A stretch of 46,244 nt of DNA, taken from the NCBI GenBank assembly GCA_037144015.1, contig JBAWXQ010000002.1, positions 1 to 46,244 of the forward strand, given 5' to 3'. Position numbers and translations under genes: made by a program. Below are positions 27,407 through 37,064 of the stretch, piece after piece (the first letter of the stretch is position 1; every line of letters begins with the position of its first letter). The stretch comes from a bacterium. Its GTDB lineage: Bacteria; Verrucomicrobiota; Kiritimatiellia; RFP12; CAIWXQ01. Below the pieces are notes generated by a model. That model was given only the letters and a program-made list of their open reading frames with translations. It was not told the DNA's origin and ran no database searches.

Positions 27407-27435
27407 GTTGCGTTTTCCTTTGTGTACGTGGTTCG

Positions 27436-30291
27436 TCATGGGTTCACGACAATGTCAAGTTCCTGGATGCCTTCGAGCGACGCCAACTCCGGCATGGCCA
27501 TGGTCCGGCCATTGATGCGCACGAAATCACTCTTCCGCTGACGCGCAGGCCGGATCGTCAACGTCAAGGGGATGCAACGATATCCCCCACCGGGACATGC
27601 CGCATGGATGACGCGCCGGAGCGTCAATCCGCTTTTCAGTTCAGCCGGCAGACGCGGCGTGACGCGCAACGCCGGGCGCCGGTCGTCGTGCAGCGCCAGT
27701 TCAAGCCCGGCAATATCCTGCAGGAACTCGACGATCCAGTCCGTTGACCCCGACAGACCGAAGTACATTCCCTTGCCGAAGTGCGGATCCGCCGCATCCG
27801 AGGCGTACGAGGTCGATGGCATCTCGAACGGTCCGGCCAGGGAGGCGTCGCGCATGGCCGAAACGATCGGCTTGAACTGCAACCAGGCGCGATCGGCCTC
27901 ACCGGGTGTGAGCATCCGGAATCGGTGCATCATCATCTGTCCGTGATGATACTCGCCATTTTCCGCGCAGCCCGCGGGCACGATGCCCATGCGACCGACC
28001 AGTCGCCGTGCGACCTCATCGTTGGAGACCGGCGGTTCGATCAGGCGTAGTCCGAGTTTCGGGTCGAACAGCAGGCGATCGCAAGTGTCCAACAGGCGCG
28101 CAGCTTTCCCCGCGGCGTCCGCGACCGGGGTCAGGTAGTCCCGTTCCACTTGCAGGAGGCGCATTCCGTAGGCCTGGGCCGTCAGATCCCGGCGTCGCGC
28201 GCCGTCGAAATCCGACCCGCTCATCGATCCCAGCGTGTAGCCATGAGCCCCCCGCGCGTAGTCGGGCAGCGACCCATCGGCGCGGCATTCGTGGATCGTC
28301 GTGATGAAGCCGGCATTCGTCCCATCCTCCCATGCAACCCGCATCAAGTTGCGCCGAATCGATTCGGCCAGGCGCCGCAGGCGCGGCAAGGCCGCCACCG
28401 GCCCCTCCCCGGCCGCTGCCATCGCCCGTGGCGCCTCCAGCAAGTCAATGGAGTTTACGAGGGCCAGGAAGACGTGGGCGCTGAGGCGCACCTGCACGCC
28501 CCGCCCCATGCCGCGCGTCGTGGCATCGCCGACCACCGACGTTCCGAACATGTCCAGCGGGTCGCACCAGTCCCCATACATCGCCTGCACCAGGCCGTAG
28601 GGAGAATCTCCGACCTGGCGCCCATACGCATCGAAGATCCCCACCAGCACATCGGCCACGCGCTGGCGCCGCTCGCCGCCCACGAGCCCGGATGTTTCGG
28701 GCGTTTCGGGACTTGTCAACCGGCCCGTCGTTACCGGTTCGTTCAGGATCGCCGTGTCCCCTGTTTCGCGCACATACAGATTGAGCGAGTCCACGAGCCA
28801 CACCGCGCTGTCGTTGTAGGGCCGGTTGTCGTTCCTGACCTCGACCGAACGGTCGTCCCAGCGGCTGGGATACTGCCGCGGGAACATGCCGTGCAGCTTT
28901 TCGACGCGCGTCAGCGGCGTTGTCCAGCGATGGTCGTCCGGCACGGTGTCGTACATGAACCCGAGCGCATGCACCAGGTCGGCGCGCACCGTTCCGGGAT
29001 CCTCTTTCATCTTCGGCCACATGTCCTGGGCGCGATCGCGCGTGCCCAGTTCGATGCCCTGCGCCATCTTCGCCCCGTGTGCGCGGCAGTTCTCGTATAA
29101 CTCCGCCACGCCCGTCCAAAGCGAACGCGCGTATTCCGCCATCACCCGCTGCCCCGGCAGTTCGATCGCAAAGGCCGGCTGCGACCGTTTGGCGGTGGCG
29201 CGAGCCGCATCCCGAAGCGTCCGCGCGACGCCCGGCGTCCGCGCGACCAGGCCGGCCGCGGCGGTCTTGAACGCCTTCGCGACGCGCGGGTAGTCCGGAT
29301 ACAAACATCCGCTTTGCCGGCGGAACCGCGCACACAAATCGGGGTCGGTCACGTAGAGCAGTTCCTGGAGCAGGCACGTGGACCGGCCGGGCGCGAGTTG
29401 CAGCGCGAAGCGATTTGCCGCGATCGTCGCGATCGAGAACCGGTTCAGTCGTGCCCCCGCCCCATCCCGCAGCCGCCCTTCGCGCACGGCCGCAGGCGAG
29501 CGCACGCTGCAGGCGGAATCGCCCACAAACGCAGTGTAATCGCACGTAGCCTCGCGCGCCCGCAGGCCGGCGACGAGTGCGCTGGAGACCCGCTTGGGCT
29601 GCATGATGTCGGTGTACGGCACCGACGCGGAAACGATCGTTTCCAGCGGCGACACCGGCATCCCGGTGTCGTACCAGATCTCCTTGTTGTACACGAACCG
29701 CTGCGTCCCATGCAGATTGAAGAAACTCCAGAGGTCGCCCGCCAGCGCCTTGCGGCCCGTGTTGCGAAGATAGAGCAGCCGCAGCAGCGCCGGACCAGTC
29801 GGCGTCGCGATAAGCTGGAATTTTACCGCGCTGCGGAACGCAATTCCCGGCAGAAACGTAACGTCCGCACAAAACCACATCGCGCGGCAGGGATCGCCGA
29901 GTTTGACCACGCGGAAGGCCGCCGGTTCAATCCCGCAACCGTCGCGCGGGCTGACGAGCGACGCGACGACCGACCGACGACCGTCAGGAACCCGCAACCA
30001 TAAATTATTCGAAGGCACGCCGGTCTCCCGCTTCTCGGTGGCGTCGAAATGGCCTGACAACACAGAAACATCCATGCCGCCTGCCAGTTTGACATCGAAA
30101 GCGATCGAGCCGTTGGACATAAATGTCGCCTTGCCCGAACCCGCCGTGCTGACCAGAACCGACGGGCACCCGTCCGGCTGACCGTCATAGATCACCTCAC
30201 CGCCGGGGCCGTATCCCCCCAGTTTGTGGACACGCGCGTCCGGTTCCAGGCTCAGTATCCGCTCGGCTTCGGTGACAAAAGTCTTGTTCAT
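27436..30291 (-). CDS. Divergent GH94-like glycoside phosphorylase
   Basis: GTRDRAQD, GDWCDPLD, ENGEYHH, LSGSTDW correspond to GH94 GFRD..QD, DWND, ENG..F.H, LTGS..W. Confidence 0.75.
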   Translation of the reverse strand: MNKTFVTEAERILSLEPDARVHKLGGYGPGGEVIYDGQPDGCPSVLVSTAGSGKATFMSNGSIAFDVKLAGGMDVSVLSGHFDATEKRETGVPSNNLWLRVPDGRRSVVASLVSPRDGCGIEPAAFRVVKLGDPCRAMWFCADVTFLPGIAFRSAVKFQLIATPTGPALLRLLYLRNTGRKALAGDLWSFFNLHGTQRFVYNKEIWYDTGMPVSPLETIVSASVPYTDIMQPKRVSSALVAGLRAREATCDYTAFVGDSACSVRSPAAVREGRLRDGAGARLNRFSIATIAANRFALQLAPGRSTCLLQELLYVTDPDLCARFRRQSGCLYPDYPRVAKAFKTAAAGLVARTPGVARTLRDAARATAKRSQPAFAIELPGQRVMAEYARSLWTGVAELYENCRAHGAKMAQGIELGTRDRAQDMWPKMKEDPGTVRADLVHALGFMYDTVPDDHRWTTPLTRVEKLHGMFPRQYPSRWDDRSVEVRNDNRPYNDSAVWLVDSLNLYVRETGDTAILNEPVTTGRLTSPETPETSGLVGGERRQRVADVLVGIFDAYGRQVGDSPYGLVQAMYGDWCDPLDMFGTSVVGDATTRGMGRGVQVRLSAHVFLALVNSIDLLEAPRAMAAAGEGPVAALPRLRRLAESIRRNLMRVAWEDGTNAGFITTIHECRADGSLPDYARGAHGYTLGSMSGSDFDGARRRDLTAQAYGMRLLQVERDYLTPVADAAGKAARLLDTCDRLLFDPKLGLRLIEPPVSNDEVARRLVGRMGIVPAGCAENGEYHHGQMMMHRFRMLTPGEADRAWLQFKPIVSAMRDASLAGPFEMPSTSYASDAADPHFGKGMYFGLSGSTDWIVEFLQDIAGLELALHDDRRPALRVTPRLPAELKSGLTLRRVIHAACPGGGYRCIPLTLTIRPARQRKSDFVRINGRTMAMPELASLEGIQELDIVVNP

Positions 30292-30294
30292 CCT

Positions 30295-33200
30295 TTAACC
30301 CTTCTGAGGTTTCATCAACATGACCGATTTACGTTCAGCATTCCGAATATCATCGACTGGTGACTGCTGCCGCCAGTCGGCGACCACTGCTGCACCCAGC
30401 ATACGGAAATTCTTGTGCACCTCACGCCGCATCTCATCGGGCGAGCCGCGGCTTAAAACCGTGATCAGGTCGTTTGACCCATAGTATGCCAGGCGATCGC
30501 CAAAGTCGCGCTTGAACCCGCTGACTTCCATCCCGCGCAGATGGGTGGTTTTGAAAATCGGGGCGTACGTGATATGCGCAATGATCGCCGGCCCCTTCTC
30601 CCATGCCACATTGACGCGGCAACCCGTGGCCACTTCGCGAATGCGGACCGTCCACGTTCCGGCCATGTCGTTCAGGGCCAGCGGAAGCTCGAAACTGCCG
30701 CCCGCAACGCCGCAGGCAACATTGGCGCGGTAGGGCAGCCGCTCCTTGCCGTCAGGACCGATAAAGGCCAGATGGTAGACGTACGTCTCCATGCCCGCAC
30801 CGGCAAAGGGCGCGATGACCAGCTGGTCATGTTCGACCTTCGCCGTGAAGGGCTGCAGCGGTCCGGGGAAGACGGCAAAAATACTCGGCATATACGGGTC
30901 GAGTTGGAAGTCGTGCGTGTCCGCGGCGCCCAGTGTCTTCCCGGCGCGGATGTCCACCCAGTGAGCGGTCATCGGATGGGCGGGTGGGACACCCGCCCCC
31001 ACGGCCTTGGGTGAACCGGTCTTCGTGGCGGCAGGCGTCCCGCCTGCCGTTTCCGCTGCCACGGTCGGCCCGGACGCCAGACTCATGGTGAGCTCCTCAG
31101 GTTTTTCGAACCGCTTGTTGGTCGTGTAGTCGGTCTCGCCCAGTTCGTGGACGAACAGTTGCGGGTTGCGCTGCACCGCGATGATTCGCGCCTGGCCGTT
31201 GCGCCACTGCGTCACTTCCACGCCGGTGAGCGGCTTTCCATCCGGCCCCGCGACTGCCGGCGTCTGGCGCGCGCCGCCGAGGCCCTGGAGCAGATGGCGT
31301 CCGAGCAGTTCCTTCATGTCGGCCTCGGCGTGCCCGTGGCGCATGCGCAGGTGGTAGTACTCCAGCAGGTCGGTATCGAGCAGCACCACGCGCGGGTTGT
31401 CCGGCTTCGCAAACAGGCTGGACAGCGCGGGCGATTCGAGTTTCCGGCAATGCCCGTCGTACAGGCCGGGGGTCGTGTCGGCGATGACCGTGCCGCCGGC
31501 GGCGACAAAGTCGGCGATGGCCTTGGCTTCCGCCGCCGAGAGCGCCAGAATCTCCGGCAGCAGCAGGACCTTGAAACCCTCACCGGTCTTGGGGTCGTAG
31601 ACCTTCAACTGGCCCAGGGCCACCTGCTCGGGGCAGAGCATGCGCCACTGGAATCCGTTGTCCTCGATCAATTTGATCCAGCTCTCGCGCAGACGAAAGT
31701 AGCGGCTCTGCTTACGTTCCGACCAGGATTGCCGGTTGATCCAGTCCTTGCCGGCTGGTTTCACCTCGCGCAGCCAGTGCATCCGCAGATTGGCCTGGCT
31801 GTGGTAGAGCGCGATGGGGTCGTCGACGCGGCGGCTGGCGATCCGCAGCTTGCCGATCCCGCCGGTGAGTTCCTCGTACAGCGGCTTGGCCTCGAGCGCG
31901 CGCGGGCTGTACTGGCCCTTGTCGTCCACGTAGTCGGACGCGTCGTCCCACACCAGCGCCATGCGGTCGCCGTGCAGGAAGAGATAGTAGAGGTTATGCA
32001 GTTCCCAGTTGCCGCCCCCGAAGGTGCAGTGGATGCCGATGACGTTGGGGTTGAAGCTGCGCAGGAATTCGTAGTTGCTGCCGATGGCGTAGTTCTCCAT
32101 CACGTCCAGCGACTGCGTGAGTTTCCAGAAATCCCACCCGCCCACGGGCGAGGGCCCCTGCCCGCCGCCCATGCCGATGCGGGCCGTCGAATCCACAGCC
32201 TTGACGGCTTTGCCGGCGCGCGCATAGGCATTGCACAGGACCGTATCCATGAAATCCTTGTGATCGGCCCAAGCGGCATAGTTCTCGTTGGTGCGCGCGA
32301 AGATCTCGTCCGTGGTCGCCCCGCGGACCGATTCCCAGTCCGTGAACGTGCTGCCCCATTCCGCGTTCAACGCCTCCAGCGTCGGATAGCGCTCCTTGAG
32401 CCAGACGCGGAAAGCCGCCTGGCAGTCGGGGCTGAAACAGAAATCGAAGGGCGATGCCTGGTTGGCGATGCCGGTTTCGTCTGCCACGGTGTAGAACCAG
32501 GGCCGGTAATCACGGTTGATCTTGGCCGCGCTGGTGAACATCTGGTCGATCAGCCGCGTGGTCAGGTGATTGCTCAGGCAGGGGTTGCGCTCCAGCACCC
32601 GCCGGTCGGTGCGGTCCGCGAAGAACGCCTTGCGGGCCTGCTCGAAATAGAAGGTCTTGTTGTCGTTGTCGGACATCCACATGTGGTACGGGGCAAAGAT
32701 CAACGTGCCGGTGGTCTCCACGTACCAGCGGTAGTTGGCGTCGGTGAACCAGTCGGGCGCCGTGGGGTTGTTGCCGTTCCATTGGCTGCCGGACAGGTAC
32801 ATCTCCTGCAGGAATGGCAACCGCGCGGGATTGTGCCGTTGCCAGATGGCGCAGACATAGTCGTCCCAGACCGGACTGGGCCGATAGATGAAACTGGCCG
32901 TGGCCGTCTGTGGCGCGCTCTCACCGCCGGTCACCGACAGGCTCAGGGAGTGCCGCATGACCTGCACGGCCGGGACGGCAATCGTGAAGGGAATGCGGGT
33001 CACGCGCGCGGTGGAGTCGTTGGTCACCCGTGGGGGCGGGCTTCCAGCCCGTCCCATCTGCTCCTCGTTGTCCACCAGCAGCCGGCCGAACGAGTCGGTC
33101 ACGCGGATGGCCAGTTTGGCGCTGGCCGGGTTGACGGCCCGCGACAGCAGCAGCGTACCCGTCACCGATGTCCCCCGTTCAAAGGCGCCGGCGGAGAGTT

Positions 33201-33330
33201 GGATGCTGGCATCCGCCATGCCGAAGGCCCGGAAGTGCCCCACGCCTTCCTGGGCAAAGCCGGCACAAGCCGCCGCCAGAACCACCATTCCCGCCACCCA
33301 CCGTTGCGCGAGTCTCGCGGCTGCCTTCAT
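30295..33330 (-). CDS. Secreted GH42-like beta-galactosidase (trimerisation-domain protein) with a foreign C-terminal tail
   Basis: AGGAG RBS before MKAAAR; signal peptide; VADETG, FRVWLKERYPTLEALNAEWG, KVLLLPEILALS...FVAAGGTVIAD; tail derived from a URO-D gene. Confidence 0.8.
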   Translation of the reverse strand: MKAAARLAQRWVAGMVVLAAACAGFAQEGVGHFRAFGMADASIQLSAGAFERGTSVTGTLLLSRAVNPASAKLAIRVTDSFGRLLVDNEEQMGRAGSPPPRVTNDSTARVTRIPFTIAVPAVQVMRHSLSLSVTGGESAPQTATASFIYRPSPVWDDYVCAIWQRHNPARLPFLQEMYLSGSQWNGNNPTAPDWFTDANYRWYVETTGTLIFAPYHMWMSDNDNKTFYFEQARKAFFADRTDRRVLERNPCLSNHLTTRLIDQMFTSAAKINRDYRPWFYTVADETGIANQASPFDFCFSPDCQAAFRVWLKERYPTLEALNAEWGSTFTDWESVRGATTDEIFARTNENYAAWADHKDFMDTVLCNAYARAGKAVKAVDSTARIGMGGGQGPSPVGGWDFWKLTQSLDVMENYAIGSNYEFLRSFNPNVIGIHCTFGGGNWELHNLYYLFLHGDRMALVWDDASDYVDDKGQYSPRALEAKPLYEELTGGIGKLRIASRRVDDPIALYHSQANLRMHWLREVKPAGKDWINRQSWSERKQSRYFRLRESWIKLIEDNGFQWRMLCPEQVALGQLKVYDPKTGEGFKVLLLPEILALSAAEAKAIADFVAAGGTVIADTTPGLYDGHCRKLESPALSSLFAKPDNPRVVLLDTDLLEYYHLRMRHGHAEADMKELLGRHLLQGLGGARQTPAVAGPDGKPLTGVEVTQWRNGQARIIAVQRNPQLFVHELGETDYTTNKRFEKPEELTMSLASGPTVAAETAGGTPAATKTGSPKAVGAGVPPAHPMTAHWVDIRAGKTLGAADTHDFQLDPYMPSIFAVFPGPLQPFTAKVEHDQLVIAPFAGAGMETYVYHLAFIGPDGKERLPYRANVACGVAGGSFELPLALNDMAGTWTVRIREVATGCRVNVAWEKGPAIIAHITYAPIFKTTHLRGMEVSGFKRDFGDRLAYYGSNDLITVLSRGSPDEMRREVHKNFRMLGAAVVADWRQQSPVDDIRNAERKSVMLMKPQKG
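30391..30588 (-). pseudogene. Internally deleted URO-D-family fragment fused in frame to the GH42-like gene
   Basis: AIIAHITYAPIFKTTHLRGME|VSGFKRDFGDRLAYYGSNDLITVLSRGSP...KNFRMLGA aligns to two separated segments of the 37065-38123 protein. Confidence 0.85.
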
Positions 33331-33350
33331 TTCCAGAGTCTCCTTTCGCA

Positions 33351-34901
33351 TTAAAGTGCCTCCAGTCGCGGACCGGGCAAGCCCGTGTCGTAGCTCAGCA
33401 GGTTTTTTTCATCGCACTCGATGCCACGATGGCGGTTGCCCTTGCTGTAGTGCCAGGTTGCGGGCGGCGCGTCCGGGCGCCACGGGCGGCGATGCCAGCA
33501 GATGCCGCGGAAGGGGTCGCGGGTCTCATTCATCCAGGCGATCAGCCGGTCGTGCAAGGCATCGCGCGCCGCGCGGTTGGCGGTGGACTCGATGAGATTC
33601 CGCATTTCGTGCGGGTCGCTGGTGAGGTCATACAACTCGTCCGTCCCCAGGAGGTTTAGCACGAGTTTGTAGCGGCCATCGCAGACGGCCCGCACCGGCT
33701 CAAAGCCGCCGAAACCATCGTGGTCGGTTTCGTAGCGGCCGTATTCCATGAAGACCGCTTCGGCGAGGCGCCGGGTCGGGTCGCGGACCGCGGGCAGGAT
33801 GCTCGATCCTTCCAGCGTGTCGGGCAGCGGCAGCCCGAAAAACTCCAGCACGGTCGGCGTCAGGCTGATGTGCGATACCGGGTGCGGGGACACCGCGCCC
33901 GCCGGCGCATGGCCGGGCCAGCGCACGATGAACGGCACGCGGGTAATTTCGTCGTACATCGCCGGCCCCTTGATGTGGAGACGGTGCGACAAGGCCATGT
34001 GCCCGTGGTCCGACGTGTAGGCCACCAGCGCGTCCGGGCACGCCTGGTCCACAACCTCAAGAACCCGCCCGATCTCGTGATCCACAAACTCGTTACTCCC
34101 GAAGAAGGCTGGATGCCGGTAGGCCAGATTCGCGACGTCCCTGCCGCGCGTGGCTACTTCCGCCCAGACCCGGTGATGCTCCGGCTTGTCCGCGAGATCG
34201 TCCTGGAGATTTGGTCCGCCCGGGAAGGTGTAGTCCTGATAGCGATCGCTGTATGCCTTGGGGCAGAGGCAGGGCCCATGCGGCTCGTCGTACGACACCA
34301 CGAGGAAGAAGTCCTGGTCAACATGGCGGCGGATGAAATCCAGTGCCCGGTCGGAGCAGCGGTGAGCGAAGGTGAAGTCGGCCGGAATGCCCTCCGCCAC
34401 CGTCTCCTCCCGGCGGGAGCGGACCCGGTCTTCGGGAGAGAGCTCCTCGAGGTAGTTACGCATGTCGTACCAGACGGCCGGATCCCAGCCCGCCGGCGCC
34501 TTCCCCGTGCCAAAGTAGTCGGTGTTGTCGAGGTGCCACTTGCCGATGTAGGCCGCGTGGATGCCGGCCGCGGTCAGGCGCTCGCCGACGCTCCGCACGC
34601 CCTGGCCCAGCGGCAGGTTGTTGGACCAGCAGCCGTTGCTGTGAGGCCAGATGCCGGTGAAGAGCGCCGCCCGCGCCGGGGTGCACAGCGGCTGGCAGTC
34701 GTACGCGCGTTCGAACCGGACGCCGCCGGCAGCCAGGCGATCGAGGTTGGGCGTGGCCAACCCGGTCTGCCGGTAGGCGTTCACCATGTCCCAGCGCTGG
34801 CTGTCGGTCATGATCACGACCGCCTGCCGGCGGCCGTTGGGGGCATGATAAGTTGTACTACTTGCCATGATTGATCTTCTGTTTTCAGCCATCTCGCTCA
34901 T
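33351..34901 (-). CDS. Sulfatase (S1 family, YidJ-like)
   Basis: CTPARAALFTG (CxPxR), GKWHLD..DYFGTG, SYDEPH, YTSDHG; resembles E. coli YidJ; no signal peptide. Start may be 34868. Confidence 0.92.
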   Translation of the reverse strand: MSEMAENRRSIMASSTTYHAPNGRRQAVVIMTDSQRWDMVNAYRQTGLATPNLDRLAAGGVRFERAYDCQPLCTPARAALFTGIWPHSNGCWSNNLPLGQGVRSVGERLTAAGIHAAYIGKWHLDNTDYFGTGKAPAGWDPAVWYDMRNYLEELSPEDRVRSRREETVAEGIPADFTFAHRCSDRALDFIRRHVDQDFFLVVSYDEPHGPCLCPKAYSDRYQDYTFPGGPNLQDDLADKPEHHRVWAEVATRGRDVANLAYRHPAFFGSNEFVDHEIGRVLEVVDQACPDALVAYTSDHGHMALSHRLHIKGPAMYDEITRVPFIVRWPGHAPAGAVSPHPVSHISLTPTVLEFFGLPLPDTLEGSSILPAVRDPTRRLAEAVFMEYGRYETDHDGFGGFEPVRAVCDGRYKLVLNLLGTDELYDLTSDPHEMRNLIESTANRAARDALHDRLIAWMNETRDPFRGICWHRRPWRPDAPPATWHYSKGNRHRGIECDEKNLLSYDTGLPGPRLEAL

Positions 34902-34904
34902 GCG

Positions 34905-36932
34905 CTACTTGTTTATCATGCGATAGTCCAGATGGCGCGGCGGCGGGAAGGACCCACGCACCTTGGCCCGGAGGGCGTCGTCGCAGGGGATGCCCTCGGC
35001 CTTCGCCACACATTTCGCCTTGTAGGCGAACCAGACATCCGCCGTCCAGCGGTCCCCCTCGCGCGCGTCTTCGAGAAGGGTCTCGTCCGCAATCAGACCG
35101 GCCGCCACATCGAGTTGGTCCAACTCGACCGCCGCCCACAACCGGAGCATGCGCACGCGGCTGCGGGTCCGGGTGGCCGCCGGAGCGGACTCGACCACCG
35201 CCAGGCACTCGGCCGGCTGGTGGCGCGCCACCAGATGCGTGGCGTATTCGACCGTCAGCCGCCAGTCGTCCGGAGCCAGGCGGGTGGCGCGCCGGTAGAA
35301 GTCCGCGGCTTCCTCAGGGCGGTCCTCGAGCGCCGATAGGCAGGCCAGATTGCGCAGCGCCCATACCGTCTCGGCCTGACGGAGCGATTGCTCCCAGGCC
35401 GAACGGGCCTCGGCGCGCCGGTCCTGCGCCAGGTGCATCACCCCCAACTGCAGCAGGGCGGCCCAGTGCCGTCCGCCGCCGGCGCCCAGCGACGCCTCAA
35501 GCCGTTCCCGCCACGGCTCCCCGGTCTGGTACGACACCGGCGCCTGCGTCGGCGCAGCGGTCGGGTAGACGCCTTTCTCCAGCAGTTCGACCCAGGGCGC
35601 CTGTTCCGGCCCGAGCGAGGCGTCATCGAAGATCAACGCGGGACCGCAGAACGGCTGCTCGCCGGCGCGCTCGCGCCGCCGCCGCTCCAAAGCGCCCCAA
35701 CCGCTGCCCCGCCGCACGACCGTCTCCGGCGCGGCCAGCGCCATCGGGCGCGTTTCCTCCAGCATCCGCTCCAGATCCGGCTGCGCGGCGTGCCGCGTCA
35801 CGCGCGACTCGGCCTGCCGCACCGCCGCCGGCCAGTCCGCGCCGTGCGCGACGCTCGCCTCGGTCTCCATCAGGCCGTACGCCTCAAGCCACTCGAAGGC
35901 CGCGCCGCCGGGAAGCGGCCGACACGATCCCTGGGTGCGCTCCAGTCCCGCCTGGATCTCGATGTATTCGTGCCCCGGCGTATTCAGGAATTCCTGCCAG
36001 TGTTTGCAGGCCGGAAGTTGCCCCCACACAAACAGCTTCCGGCCCCGCAATCCGCCCGTGGAGGTCTGGAACAGGCCGCGTCCTTCCGCATCCAGCGCCG
36101 CGATCCAGGGCTGGCGATCCGGCGGAATGAAGTAGAAGTCGTCATTGCCGATGGGGATGTGCTTCGGATACGAGCGGTCCACGCCGGCGTGTCTGGGATG
36201 CCCGAGCAGGCTGAGTCGGCCGGTGTCGTAGGAGAAGTGCAGCAGGGAGTCGGCGGGCACCAGCACGCGCCCGCCGGGGTGTTCGGGCACCGCGATGTTC
36301 GACCACCAGTACACCGGCACCGTGCGCTCGTCCGGGTTGCGCAAGGCGACTCGCACCAGCAGCACCTCGCTGCCGTCGGGCAGGAAGCAGTCGATCTGGT
36401 AAGCCAGGCCGCGGACCCGCTCGTACTCGTACAGGCGCAGTACCGGCGTGCCGTTCGGGAGCTTGGCGCGGGCGGCGAAAAGGGGCTCGCACGTGAACGG
36501 TGTGTGGCCGGGCCAGCAGAAATTCCATTCCACGCCGCCGCTGAACCAGGCGACGCGCAGCCCCAGGTGGCCGGGCTGAAAGACCGGGTTGCGGAAGAGC
36601 AGTTCGCGCCCGTTGGGCTTGTGGACCAGCGAGCACAGCCGCCCGCCCAGTTCCAGCAGGAAGGTGGCCCGCAGCGTCTCGTTCTCCAGCACCGCCACAT
36701 CAAAGGCGCGGGGCGCACGCTGGCGGGACAGATCGTCCTGCAACCGGTACGGCAGACAGTGCCTGGGCACCCCGTACCCGAGATAGCGCGCTTCCTCGGG
36801 CGGAATAGCCGGGTCGATCTTCACCGTGTCGGGTGCGTTGGGGGGCGGGGGCACCCCAAACTGCGGGTGCGGACTCTCCGGCCCGATTCCGCCAGCCGGC
36901 ATGGTGAAGGTTTCAAAACGTAACTCGCTCAT
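34905..36932 (-). CDS. DUF5107 domain + TPR protein
   Basis: Start moved to MSELRFE (AAGGAAG RBS); VLENETLRATFLLELGGRL, AWFSGGVEWN, YWWSN, GRKLFVWG, YIEIQAG; C-terminal TPR-like helices. Confidence 0.85.
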   Translation of the reverse strand: MSELRFETFTMPAGGIGPESPHPQFGVPPPPNAPDTVKIDPAIPPEEARYLGYGVPRHCLPYRLQDDLSRQRAPRAFDVAVLENETLRATFLLELGGRLCSLVHKPNGRELLFRNPVFQPGHLGLRVAWFSGGVEWNFCWPGHTPFTCEPLFAARAKLPNGTPVLRLYEYERVRGLAYQIDCFLPDGSEVLLVRVALRNPDERTVPVYWWSNIAVPEHPGGRVLVPADSLLHFSYDTGRLSLLGHPRHAGVDRSYPKHIPIGNDDFYFIPPDRQPWIAALDAEGRGLFQTSTGGLRGRKLFVWGQLPACKHWQEFLNTPGHEYIEIQAGLERTQGSCRPLPGGAAFEWLEAYGLMETEASVAHGADWPAAVRQAESRVTRHAAQPDLERMLEETRPMALAAPETVVRRGSGWGALERRRRERAGEQPFCGPALIFDDASLGPEQAPWVELLEKGVYPTAAPTQAPVSYQTGEPWRERLEASLGAGGGRHWAALLQLGVMHLAQDRRAEARSAWEQSLRQAETVWALRNLACLSALEDRPEEAADFYRRATRLAPDDWRLTVEYATHLVARHQPAECLAVVESAPAATRTRSRVRMLRLWAAVELDQLDVAAGLIADETLLEDAREGDRWTADVWFAYKAKCVAKAEGIPCDDALRAKVRGSFPPPRHLDYRMINK

Positions 36933-37004
36933 GTCTTCCTTATCAGCAGAATCTTTACACCATGCTCCCCGTCCCGGGCGGTAACCACTTCGTCGGCGGG
37001 TATT

Positions 37005-37035
37005 TCGAGGACGACGGACGAGGACGAACGAACGA
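37005..37035. repeat. Degenerate single arm of the (GGACGA)n repeat family
   Basis: TCGAGGACGACGGACGAGGACGAACGAACGA, compare 3315-3330; intergenic once the DUF5107 start is corrected. Confidence 0.6.
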
Positions 37036-37064
37036 TGCGTCATCGTATTTACGACGGCGTGTAC

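Noticed and set aside
36933-37043. Arg-rich N-terminal extension of the DUF5107 protein
   Set aside because: It is translated intergenic repeat sequence; the RBS supports the start at 36932.
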